Shown here: positions 18,079-25,556 of the stretch, piece after piece | Position numbering within the stretch: position 1 is the stretch's first letter | Layout of the letters: every line of letters begins with the position of its first letter | DNA from: a virus | Virus record (IMG/VR): IMGVR_UViG_3300045988_119602 | Location: 1-30,124 of that record | DNA: 30,124 bases | Strand: one strand, 5' to 3' | The notes under the pieces: model-generated | What the model saw: the letters and a program-made list of their open reading frames with translations, nothing else | Databases searched by the model: none | Told to the model about the DNA's origin: nothing | Translations under genes and position numbers: made by a program

Positions 18079-20199
18079 ATGGCTATTAGCGGTTTGAACC
18101 GCCTGGTTATTGCTGACGAGAGCGGGGCGCTTACGGGTCTCCCGCTTGCGTCTGCTCGTGCGGCTGCTGAGCAGGTGGCTGTTGAGAAGGTAACTGAGGC
18201 GAAGTCTGAGATTCGGTCTGCTGCTGCGCAGGAAGCAAATCAAATAGCAACCGAGAAGGTCGCTGCGGTCAAGTCTGAGGCTGTGCAGGCGGCTAAGGAT
18301 AGCGTTTCGTCTGCTGTGGCTGATGCTATCGCGCCTGTGGTGTCTACTACTATCCCCGCTGCTGTGGAGTCTGGTGTGCGTGAGCATGCTGGTGCTGTTG
18401 CTGACGAGCGTATTCAGGCTACTGTTCCTGGGATGATTCAGTCTCAGGCGGCTACCGTGGTCGAGTCGCAGCTGAATGAGAAGCTTCCTTCGGCTGTGCA
18501 GGCTGCGGCTGGTAGCGAGATTACCCGTCAGATTGATGAGCGTGTCACGCCTACGATTGAGGCGAAGGTTTCTTCTGTAATTACAGAAAAATCTGCGTCT
18601 ATCAAGGACGAGGTGGTGCAGTCTGTCAATTCGTCTATCGACGGGAAGATAGAGTCTGTTGTTACCCCTAAGATTGATTCGGCTTTTGACTCCAAGTCGC
18701 AGGTGCTTAAGGGTGATATTCTCCGCACCGCTGGCTCTGCGATTGATTCTAAGATTGAGGCGGCTAAGCCGGGTATTGTGCAGGCTGCTACTGAGTCTGT
18801 GACTAGCACCCTGCCAGCGAAGATTAGTGAGGGTATCACGCAGGCTAAAGGTGAAATTGTTCATGCCGCAACCGAGTCAGTTAGTGGCACTATTGACACG
18901 AAAATCAGTGAAGGTATCGAGCAGGCGCGGACTAGTATCGTGTCTGAGACACTAAGCTCTGTCGATCAGACGATTGACGGTAAGATTGATGCCGCTAAGA
19001 CTGATATTTTGCGTGAGTCTGAGAAGAATGTTGCCCCGGTTGTTGCTCGCGCTATTTCTGACATGAATATTGGTGAGCGTAATCACGGTTTCGGGCAGCG
19101 TAACATTTCTATGGTTACGTATTACTGGCCTGATTACTATAACCGCGATCAGCCCGGTAAGGTGTCGCAGTGGGATAAGACTCTGTTGTTTGGTGACACG
19201 CTAGGCATTGTCATTTTGAATAAGTCTTCTGGCAACTGGGGTGACAAGGTTGATAATGACTTCTTGACTCAGGGTAAGCTTGCTGAGGCGGCTGGTGCTA
19301 AGTACGTAGCGTTCTACTTGCAGACTCGGTACGGCGCTAACTCAGAGTTTGCTACGCCTGCGTATTTTGAGCGTATCCGTAAGAATCTTAATGTTTCTGC
19401 TGAGGCTGTGCGTGAAGACACTGAGGAAGCTATTCTTGCCCAGGTTCGTAACGTGGTGAAATGGTACAAGACTGATGGCGGGTTGAAGAAGTTTGCTATC
19501 TTCCTTGATGAGGTCGTGAACGGCTGGGATGAAGAGCAGAAAGCTATCATGCCGTACTACAAGCGCCTGTACGGGAAAATCAAGGAAATAGCTGGGCAGG
19601 ACACACTAGTTATTATTAACCCTGGGTCGAATACGCGCCCTGAGATGATGGATGCGTGCGACATTGCGTTAACCTATGAGTCTAACGCTCAGAAGTATAT
19701 TGATGCGAAGGTGACTGATATTCATCCGCGCCATTATGATGGTATGCCGTCGTGGCGGTTTTGGCATGTTGTGCATGGCATCACTAAGGATAATGTGGAT
19801 GCGGTGTTCGCTAAGGCTGATAAGGCTGGTATCGGGCACCTATATGCTACGGATCGTACTTTTGCTGTTGGTAATGGTAGCGAGGATGAACCAGACCAGA
19901 ACCCGTATGATAAGGCACCGGCTGAGTGGGTTGCTGATCGTGCGAAGGCTTGGATTAATAATGTTCTGCCTTTTGAGAAGCGTGTTTCTCAGCTGGAGAC
20001 TGTGCAGGTTGTGAATAATCGTGCGTATTCTATCCCTGAGGGTACGGATATTGCCTGGTTTTTCCTGCTGAATAATGTTACTCACCCTGAGGGTGTGACT
20101 TGGCAGACTAAGAATGGTGCTGCTCCTGCTAGTGGGCTGGTTATTCTGGTTCGTGCTGGCGACCATTTGTACGGTATCGTACCCGGTACTGATGGTTGA
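18079..20199 (+). CDS. Tail fibre / spike with a repetitive N-terminal shaft and a C-terminal Spherulin-4 / GH135-like putative polysaccharide hydrolase domain
   Basis: GGAGG RBS. Residues about 1-330 are A/S/V/I/E/K-rich repeats (for example ESVTSTLPAKISEGITQAKGEIVHAAT / ESVSGTIDTKISEGIEQARTSIVSETL). The C-terminal pattern is YYWPDYY...W......GIVILN..SG......D.......AGAKYVAFYLQTRYG......V.WYK......FAIFLDEV......YYKRLY..IK.....LVIINPG.......DACDIALTYES.....YATDRTF. Confidence 0.65.
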   Translation: MAISGLNRLVIADESGALTGLPLASARAAAEQVAVEKVTEAKSEIRSAAAQEANQIATEKVAAVKSEAVQAAKDSVSSAVADAIAPVVSTTIPAAVESGVREHAGAVADERIQATVPGMIQSQAATVVESQLNEKLPSAVQAAAGSEITRQIDERVTPTIEAKVSSVITEKSASIKDEVVQSVNSSIDGKIESVVTPKIDSAFDSKSQVLKGDILRTAGSAIDSKIEAAKPGIVQAATESVTSTLPAKISEGITQAKGEIVHAATESVSGTIDTKISEGIEQARTSIVSETLSSVDQTIDGKIDAAKTDILRESEKNVAPVVARAISDMNIGERNHGFGQRNISMVTYYWPDYYNRDQPGKVSQWDKTLLFGDTLGIVILNKSSGNWGDKVDNDFLTQGKLAEAAGAKYVAFYLQTRYGANSEFATPAYFERIRKNLNVSAEAVREDTEEAILAQVRNVVKWYKTDGGLKKFAIFLDEVVNGWDEEQKAIMPYYKRLYGKIKEIAGQDTLVIINPGSNTRPEMMDACDIALTYESNAQKYIDAKVTDIHPRHYDGMPSWRFWHVVHGITKDNVDAVFAKADKAGIGHLYATDRTFAVGNGSEDEPDQNPYDKAPAEWVADRAKAWINNVLPFEKRVSQLETVQVVNNRAYSIPEGTDIAWFFLLNNVTHPEGVTWQTKNGAAPASGLVILVRAGDHLYGIVPGTDG

Positions 20200-20208
20200 A
20201 GAGAACAA

Positions 20209-21150
20209 GTGGGCGGTGATGGTGAGCATGTGGCTGGTGCGGATAATGTTCCTCCGCCTGCTAATCTGCGCGTTACCGCGAACGAGTATAATATGACTGT
20301 GAATTGGGATTCTGTGGCTGGTGCTACTGGGTACCAGATCGCGATTGATGGGTCTTCACCTGCGCCTGCTCAGCCTGGTCATGTGTTCACTGTTAGGGCG
20401 GGGCAGTCTGGTATTATCCAGGTTCGCACCGTGAAGGGTGACAAGCACTCTGATTGGTCTCAGCTGAGCTATCAGGTGGCGGATGCGCCTAAGCCTGGCG
20501 AGAAGCCTATCCAGTGGGTATTCACTTGGACTCATGGCGGCTGGAAGGACGGCGACTATAAAACTGGTGTGCTGCGTGAGTATTTCTGGGCACCTGGTTT
20601 GAAATCGCCGGATGGTAAGGCAAGGTCTTACGAGCGTCCTGTGTCGAGTAAGACAGGTGAACCTTTGGAAGCACCCAATAACATGCCTATCCAGAAGCAG
20701 TCTCTCGTATCACCTTCTGGTATGTTTGTGAATGATGGTTCGTATGCTGTCATTTCGTGGACTGGTGAGGGGCCGAAGATTGAGGCTTCTACTAATGGTG
20801 GCGGTGACACGTGGGAGCGGTCGGCTATCTCGATTGAGAAGCGCGCTGTTTCTACTGCACCTAAGGCTGATGGTAGCGGGCGCGAATACATAAACGCTAC
20901 GGCTGGGTATGATCTTCGTTGGCTTAATACTGAGACTCGTGGTTACGAGAATCGGGATGTTAAGCCAGGAGATAAGGGTATTGAGTTGAAGCATGAGGGT
21001 AATATCATGGTTTACTCTGTTATCCGTGCTGATGGTTCGCGTGAGCGGCTGGTGTGGTTCCCTTATTCCGATTTGCGGTCTAGCTCTGGTATTGAGCTGC
21101 ACGGTGGTACTTGGGGTGAGATTACAGGCGTGTTTTATGATGCGTCATAG
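20209..21150 (+). CDS. Fibronectin type III domain-containing tail protein (putative receptor-binding accessory protein)
   Basis: GTG start. The N-terminal PPPANLRVTANEYNMTVNWDSVAGATGYQIAIDG...VRTV is an FN3-like signature. Confidence 0.6.
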   Translation: MGGDGEHVAGADNVPPPANLRVTANEYNMTVNWDSVAGATGYQIAIDGSSPAPAQPGHVFTVRAGQSGIIQVRTVKGDKHSDWSQLSYQVADAPKPGEKPIQWVFTWTHGGWKDGDYKTGVLREYFWAPGLKSPDGKARSYERPVSSKTGEPLEAPNNMPIQKQSLVSPSGMFVNDGSYAVISWTGEGPKIEASTNGGGDTWERSAISIEKRAVSTAPKADGSGREYINATAGYDLRWLNTETRGYENRDVKPGDKGIELKHEGNIMVYSVIRADGSRERLVWFPYSDLRSSSGIELHGGTWGEITGVFYDAS

Positions 21151-21166
21151 CTTACCTTGAGTATCT

Positions 21167-21206
21167 ACTGCACCCACACTAAACATATAGCGCAGGTGCA
21201 GTTTTA
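21167..21206 (+). terminator. Weak candidate terminator / hairpin after the tail genes
   Basis: 8-bp stem actgcacc (21167-21174) / ggtgcagt (21195-21202) followed by ttttat. The 20-nt loop is large for an intrinsic terminator. Confidence 0.3.
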
Positions 21207-21267
21207 TATTCAGGTATTTCCATGTTTTAGCGGTATAATTCAGGCGACAAAAAAAGGGGGAGTATGG

Positions 21268-21744
21268 GTGAACATTGAACTACCCAAAACTGGGCATCCT
21301 GTGGTGGATGCCATAATAATAATGTCTGCTGCTGTCGTCATATCAGCTATGACAGGAATATATGTGTATAAAGCTGTGACTAACAAGCTGTCTACGCTGT
21401 CTGAGCAGGTTAGCACAGTTGGCGAGAAAGTGCATGTAGTCAGCAAGGATGTTGAGATTGCTAAGCATCAGGTGAAAAACGATCACGGAACTAATTTGCG
21501 TGACGATTTGGATGCGGTGCGTGACAGGCTAGACCTGATTCTTGCGGAGCAAGCACGGCAAGGTGAGAAGCAGCGCGAAATGACTAAAGCTATCTCTGAT
21601 GGCGTGGAAGAGCATTCTCAGTTACGCACGCACATTGAGGGCGTGCGGGTTGAGATGCGGCATGAGCGTGAACGAGTTGATAATATATTGTTGGCGCATA
21701 CTGGTGTTTTGCCGGTTGTGCGTGCCGCTAAGAGAGGAGGTTAG
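21268..21744 (+). CDS. Lysis-cassette membrane protein: N-terminal single TM segment plus a long charged coiled-coil tail
   Basis: GTG 21268 lies 5-6 nt after AAGGGGGAG. The track start at TTG 21157 has no RBS. The TM segment is VVDAIIIMSAAVVISAMTGIYVY. The gene sits directly upstream of the endolysin. Confidence 0.55.
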   Translation: MNIELPKTGHPVVDAIIIMSAAVVISAMTGIYVYKAVTNKLSTLSEQVSTVGEKVHVVSKDVEIAKHQVKNDHGTNLRDDLDAVRDRLDLILAEQARQGEKQREMTKAISDGVEEHSQLRTHIEGVRVEMRHERERVDNILLAHTGVLPVVRAAKRGG

Positions 21745-21746
21745 TA

Positions 21747-22550
21747 GTGGCTTATAAATATGTGACTAACCGTGATGCTAAGAATTTCACACCTAACTAT
21801 CTTGTCCAGTCAACATTTGGGTACCCGCGTGTTATCACGAACATCACATTACACTGGTGGGGTAAGCCTGAGTGGGGGCAGACCTGGGAGCAGGTCATGG
21901 CGTTCTTCTGTGACTCACCTACTGTTGGTACGAGTGCTCATGAGGTTATCTCTGACGATATCGTTGGATGCATTGTCGATCATTCTGCTGCGGCGTGGGC
22001 TAACGGTAACGCTAAGGGTAATGCTCAGAGTATTACACTGGAATGTAACCCGCGTATGAGCGAGGGTGATATAAATACTGTGGCTGAGCGTATCGCTGAC
22101 ATTTGGCGTGAGCAGGGGCGTATTATCCCGCTGACTGAACATCGGGATTGGTTCCCTACCGAATGCTCTGGCACGTGGAGCAAGGGCGAGATGACACGCC
22201 GAGCAATGGCATACTACAACGGGAGCGGTGGCTCTCAGAAAGATTGGTTTGATATGGCAACCAAGCAAGAACTAGAAGAAGTTGTTTTCAACACTAAGCG
22301 ACCTGAATTTGGTGGACGCACCCTAGCCGAAGCTGTGCGAGAGATCGACCAAAACACATGGGCTGGTGTGCGCATGGTGAAGGTGCTGTTTAATCAATTC
22401 CGTGTGGGTATCCCGCACCGCATGACTGATGGCTCTTTTGCCGCTGGTTTGCGTAAGATTTTCGGCTACACTGATGAAGCCCAGGGCGATGCGCGTAAGA
22501 CTGAGTTCGATCAGGACGCGCAGGCTATGTACCGTAACTTCCCTAACTAA
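21747..22550 (+). CDS. Endolysin, N-acetylmuramoyl-L-alanine amidase (amidase_2 / PGRP type) with an unknown C-terminal domain
   Basis: GTG follows GAGGAGG. Motifs are ITLHWWG.....TSAHEVISD..IVGCIVDHSAAAWANGN..GNAQSITLECNP and a later H..W..TECSG. Confidence 0.85.
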   Translation: MAYKYVTNRDAKNFTPNYLVQSTFGYPRVITNITLHWWGKPEWGQTWEQVMAFFCDSPTVGTSAHEVISDDIVGCIVDHSAAAWANGNAKGNAQSITLECNPRMSEGDINTVAERIADIWREQGRIIPLTEHRDWFPTECSGTWSKGEMTRRAMAYYNGSGGSQKDWFDMATKQELEEVVFNTKRPEFGGRTLAEAVREIDQNTWAGVRMVKVLFNQFRVGIPHRMTDGSFAAGLRKIFGYTDEAQGDARKTEFDQDAQAMYRNFPN

Positions 22551-22563
22551 GGAGAAAAAATAA

Positions 22564-23100
22564 ATGAGTAATGAACGTTACGCAGGAAACGTAACTAAGA
22601 CCGCGACTATGGGTGTTGCTATGGTTGGCGCTGTGATGACTATCCTAGTCTTTATCGCTGGCCGCTTTGGTATTGAGCTGCCTGGTGAAGTCCAGGCGGC
22701 TATTTCTACCCTTATTCTTGGAGCTACTGCGTATTTCTTTGGTCGCAACGCTGTTGGGGAAAAGGCTCATACTGAGGGTATCGTGTCTGATGCTGTTGAT
22801 TCGCACGTTAGTGAAGCTGTTTCCAAGGCGGTAGGGGCTGTTGATTTCTACGAAGCGTTGGAAGCTATCTCTCGCGGTGTTGTCGGTGATCCTGCGCCTG
22901 AGCATGTGTCCGAGGTGAAACCGAACCCTGCTGACTCTATGCGTGAGCAGTGGGAGAAGGAAGCTCTCGGTGGCCGCCAGTACCGCTACGGTGAGGAAGG
23001 CGCACCTGAGGGTGGCGCACCGGGGCAGATTTATGACCCGCGCGTTGGTTGGGTTGACGAAAATCCGGATCAGTTTCCGAGTGATTCTGTAGCCCGCTAA
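22564..23100 (+). CDS. Holin (putative, two TM segments)
   Basis: AAGGAG RBS. Two hydrophobic segments (MGVAMVGAVMTILVFIAG and AAISTLILGATAYFFG) are followed by an acidic tail. It lies immediately after the endolysin. Confidence 0.6.
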   Translation: MSNERYAGNVTKTATMGVAMVGAVMTILVFIAGRFGIELPGEVQAAISTLILGATAYFFGRNAVGEKAHTEGIVSDAVDSHVSEAVSKAVGAVDFYEALEAISRGVVGDPAPEHVSEVKPNPADSMREQWEKEALGGRQYRYGEEGAPEGGAPGQIYDPRVGWVDENPDQFPSDSVAR

Positions 23101-23106
23101 GTATGG

Positions 23107-23156
23107 AATTATCCCCCGCACCTGCCACATGATTTAGGTGCGGGGGATAATTTTGT
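23107..23156. terminator. Strong hairpin terminator between the convergent late (+) and accessory (-) units
   Basis: 17-bp perfect stem aattatcccccgcacct (23107-23123) / aggtgcgggggataatt (23136-23152) with a 12-nt loop. A T-run (ttttgttt) follows on the plus strand. Confidence 0.85.
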
Positions 23157-23217
23157 TTCGTCCGGAAACCAGAAAACAATACCTGAATCCATTATAGATA
23201 GTTTTGTTTACTTGGTA

Positions 23218-23463
23218 CTAATCCAGTATATCAGCTAATTTTACGTCTTGGTACTCGATTCGGTGTGATTTGTATTGCATATAGGCAGATAGTGCGTGCG
23301 GTACGAGCAAGGTAATGCCGATAATGGCGCATCCTGCTACGTATGCCATGTCTGCATAGAGGGTTTCTCCGATCATCGCGGATAGGATGTTTACGCATAA
23401 CAGGAATGCTGATAGCCCGAGCATTACCCAGCCGAATGTTGCAATATTTTTGGTGATTTTCAT
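23218..23463 (-). CDS. Small membrane protein (81 aa, 2-3 TM segments), unknown function
   Basis: ATG start. Hydrophobic segments are FGWVMLGLSAFLLCVNILSAMI and VAGCAIIGITLLV. It is the last gene of the minus-strand unit. Confidence 0.7.
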   Translation of the reverse strand: MKITKNIATFGWVMLGLSAFLLCVNILSAMIGETLYADMAYVAGCAIIGITLLVPHALSAYMQYKSHRIEYQDVKLADILD

Positions 23464-23475
23464 GAGTGTGCCTTT

Positions 23476-23622
23476 CTAGAGTGTGAGTTTTAGGATTACG
23501 AAGAACATGATCGCGGGCAGTGCTGCGAAGTAGTTTCCGAATATTGCGGCGATCGTGAAGCCGATAAACAGTAGCATGCACATTCCTACGAGTAGGTTGT
23601 AGCAGTATTCGCTGATTTTCAT
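23476..23622 (-). CDS. Tiny membrane protein (48 aa)
   Basis: ATG at 23622 follows AAGAAGGAG. The track start (TTG 23682) has no RBS. The hydrophobic core is LLVGMCMLLFIGFTIAAIFGNYFAALPAIMFFVIL. Confidence 0.5.
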   Translation of the reverse strand: MKISEYCYNLLVGMCMLLFIGFTIAAIFGNYFAALPAIMFFVILKLTL

Positions 23623-23624
23623 TT

Positions 23625-23843
23625 TTATAGACTCCTTCTTATTATTTTTAAGATTCTGTAATTGTTTTTGTAAAGTAGGCAAGAAAACGTAGTAGCAATA
23701 TTGTTTTCGTCAATAGCTTGAACTTTTGCAAATGTGCCAATCTTGCCAACTTCTACGTCGTATCTAATTATTTTAGATTGTGGCGCTTCTTTGTCTACTA
23801 TTCTTTGAATAAGCGATAGGTAGCTGTCTTTATTAATTAGAAT
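23625..23843 (-). CDS. Candidate 72-aa gene with no canonical start (possible ATT start, or -1-frame extension of the methylase)
   Basis: Hand translation gives (I)LINKDSYLSLIQRIVDKEAPQSKIIRYDVEVGKIGTFAKVQAIDENNIATTFSCLLYKNNYRILKIIRRSL. The frame is open from 23957 to the stop at 23627-23625, 2 nt before the next ATG. It contains no ATG/GTG/TTG. GGAAAGG lies 7 nt upstream of ATT 23843. Confidence 0.25.
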   Translation of the reverse strand: MLINKDSYLSLIQRIVDKEAPQSKIIRYDVEVGKIGTFAKVQAIDENNIATTFSCLLYKNNYRILKIIRRSL

Positions 23844-24328
23844 TTTACTACCTTTCCGTTTAGCCCTGATTTTTCTAGTATGTCTAGGTCTGAGTAAGTG
23901 TATGCGATAAGCACTGATGGGGCTGGTGCGGCGTGTTTTCCTTCTACTCCGCTTGAGTCAAAAAATTTTGTCCTGCCTGCTAGGAATAATGCTCCTTTTG
24001 CTACTGGGAATATGTGCTCGTGCCAGTAGCTTGTGTCTGTTCGTGCGAATATGAATGCTATTCCGGCGCCGCCGTTTTTAGCATGTTCTGCCATTTTCTG
24101 CATCCATTTGTCTATCCCTCTCCCATATGGAGGGTTCAGCCATACACGCCCATCCCAGCGCTGCACAAGACCATCTTCTAGCTCTGTGTATGTTTTCTTT
24201 GCGCCTACCCAGTCTCTATTCTCGATTGGGGATGCTGGATCTAGGTCAAACTCACCTAGTGGGTCAAGAATCCTTCGTGGTGTTAGCCACGTATCCGTTG
24301 CCTGAGCTTCCCTTTGCGGAATTGCCAT
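23837..24328 (-). CDS. Phage-type DNA N6-adenine methyltransferase (Dam family)
   Basis: ATG 24328 forms a TAATG overlap with the upstream gene and follows cgaaaggaaaag. Motifs are DTWLTPRRILDPLGEFDLDPA and the catalytic WLNPPYGR. The track extension to 24457 overlaps the preceding gene and was rejected. Confidence 0.85.
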   Translation of the reverse strand: MAIPQREAQATDTWLTPRRILDPLGEFDLDPASPIENRDWVGAKKTYTELEDGLVQRWDGRVWLNPPYGRGIDKWMQKMAEHAKNGGAGIAFIFARTDTSYWHEHIFPVAKGALFLAGRTKFFDSSGVEGKHAAPAPSVLIAYTYSDLDILEKSGLNGKVVKF

Positions 24329-24522
24329 TATTTCTTTTCCTTTCGGGTGTTCCATGCGACGTATTCGCGGGCGGCTAGTGCGGCGGCTGCCATTGCGAAG
24401 ATTCCGTATGCCATTTGTTCTGCGTCGAACTCCATAATGCTCAGGGTCGGGGTGCATACGATTACTGAGGCTGCAATGACTACTGCGCTAATGATTATTG
24501 CGGTGATGATTGCTTTTCCCAT
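24328..24522 (-). CDS. Small membrane protein (64 aa, two TM segments)
   Basis: ATG 24522 follows aaggaaaggaaaaggaa. Hydrophobic segments are AIITAIIISAVVIAASVIV and AYGIFAMAAAALAA. It is the first gene downstream of promoter cassette C. Confidence 0.65.
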   Translation of the reverse strand: MGKAIITAIIISAVVIAASVIVCTPTLSIMEFDAEQMAYGIFAMAAAALAAREYVAWNTRKEKK

Positions 24523-24547
24523 TTCCTTTTCCTTTCCTTGTACTTCT

Positions 24548-24594
24548 AGCGTATCACCCCCTACCGACTAAACCAAGCTGATAGAGGGTGATAT
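24548..24594 (-). promoter_or_regulatory. Inverted-repeat promoter cassette, copy C (minus orientation)
   Basis: The minus strand reads ATATCACCCTCTA tcagcTTGGTTtagtcgg TAGGGGGTGATACGCT. -35 TTGGTT is at 24576-24571, the spacer is 17 nt, TG is at 24556-24555 and -10 TACGCT is at 24553-24548. The ATG follows 25 nt downstream. Confidence 0.65.
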
Positions 24595-24603
24595 ATGTCA
24601 TAT

Positions 24604-24957
24604 TTAGTTATAGTATCTAGGAATGCGCTCCCGAATTAGTGCATCTACATCAGCAGGAAAGCCCTCAATGACATCAGCCTCCCAAGGCAATACGCTTAGA
24701 ATATCAACATATTTACTGGCATCCGTCATTGTAACTATAGCATTCGCTATGTTTTCCTCCGGAAGTTCAAACGTTGCTGCTGCTATAGGCTTGTTTTTCA
24801 TGTCGCCTCGTCGAGTGAATATTTCAACAGCACCACTAGCTAACCTACGGATTGTGTATATGAGCCTATCTTCATCTTGCTTACGCCTGTAGAGTACTAC
24901 AAGCTCTTTGTGATCGAAGCGGAATAGCAGATAAGGCGGCTCATGTTTATTGCCCAT
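24604..24957 (-). CDS. Hypothetical protein (117 aa), gene 4 of the ORFan operon
   Basis: ATG start with an 11-nt overlap with the upstream gene. I recognised no motif. Confidence 0.7.
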   Translation of the reverse strand: MGNKHEPPYLLFRFDHKELVVLYRRKQDEDRLIYTIRRLASGAVEIFTRRGDMKNKPIAAATFELPEENIANAIVTMTDASKYVDILSVLPWEADVIEGFPADVDALIRERIPRYYN

Positions 24958-25276
24958 TGTCTCGCTCTTCTAGAACCAGGTGGATAATTATGTCATGCCT
25001 GTTTCTGTTTACCAACTCTAGCCTTGTTTTAGAGCGTTGTACCTGTATTCCGTATCGCTTAAGCGCAATATTTATGAGGTCTTCTACTTGCTGTGTGCGC
25101 CATACGATCTTTGAGGTGCGCGGCATATCGTACTCGTCGAGCACCTGCGTGATTGCCGAGTAGTGCGCGTATGAGTTTTTGAATGCTGCCTGCGATAGGC
25201 GGGATGTGTCTAGCGCGGCGGTGTTGCCTATGACTTTTACGGTTATTACGTGGTGGAGAATGTTTTTATTACTCAT
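24947..25276 (-). CDS. Hypothetical protein (109 aa), gene 3 of the ORFan operon
   Basis: ATG 25276 follows GAGGCGAAAG, with an 8-nt overlap with the upstream gene. Confidence 0.7.
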   Translation of the reverse strand: MSNKNILHHVITVKVIGNTAALDTSRLSQAAFKNSYAHYSAITQVLDEYDMPRTSKIVWRTQQVEDLINIALKRYGIQVQRSKTRLELVNRNRHDIIIHLVLEERDNGQ

Positions 25277-25556
25277 CTTTCGCCTCGATTGAGAATTGGA
25301 TGTCTGCGTATTTTTCTGCGGGCTGTTTTCCGTCTGGTACGACTCGTACTATACAGTCCTCAAATGCGGCTTCCATGGCATCCCATGAAGCTAGACGGAT
25401 GGTTAGGCGGCTAGAGTATGACTTGAGGAATGTTAGCTCTTTCAGTGCGTTTTCTAGGCGTGTATGCTCTTCAAAGGTTAGGCCTGTTGTGTTAGCAGGC
25501 TTTACCTCGACAGTACCATCTTTGCTTACTGTGGGTTGTAGGCTGATTTTACGCAT
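25269..25556 (-). CDS. Hypothetical acidic protein (95 aa), gene 2 of the ORFan operon
   Basis: ATG 25556 with an 8-nt overlap with the upstream gene. Confidence 0.65.
   Translation of the reverse strand: MRKISLQPTVSKDGTVEVKPANTTGLTFEEHTRLENALKELTFLKSYSSRLTIRLASWDAMEAAFEDCIVRVVPDGKQPAEKYADIQFSIEAKDE

Noticed and set aside
18073-18864. 263-aa minus-strand ORF rich in R/L/N/S repeats
   Set aside because: It is the mirror image of the repetitive fibre shaft coding region. The periodic low-complexity translation is an artefact of the sense-strand repeats.
18079-21150. Diversity-generating retroelement or shufflon acting on fibre genes
   Set aside because: There is no reverse transcriptase, no template-repeat/variable-repeat pair, no invertase and no inverted crossover sites. 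The repeats in the fibre are diverged structural repeats.
23157-23217. Second hairpin (ttgtttcgtccggaaaccagaaaacaa) after the main terminator
   Set aside because: The pairing is imperfect and AT-rich with only a short TCCGGA core. It adds nothing beyond the adjacent 17-bp terminator.
24329-24457. Upstream extension of the methylase ORF (Arg-rich MHPDPEHYGVRRRTNG...)
   Set aside because: It overlaps the 64-aa membrane-protein gene in another frame. ATG 24328 has the conserved RBS and a TAATG coupling, and the conserved Dam N-terminus starts there.
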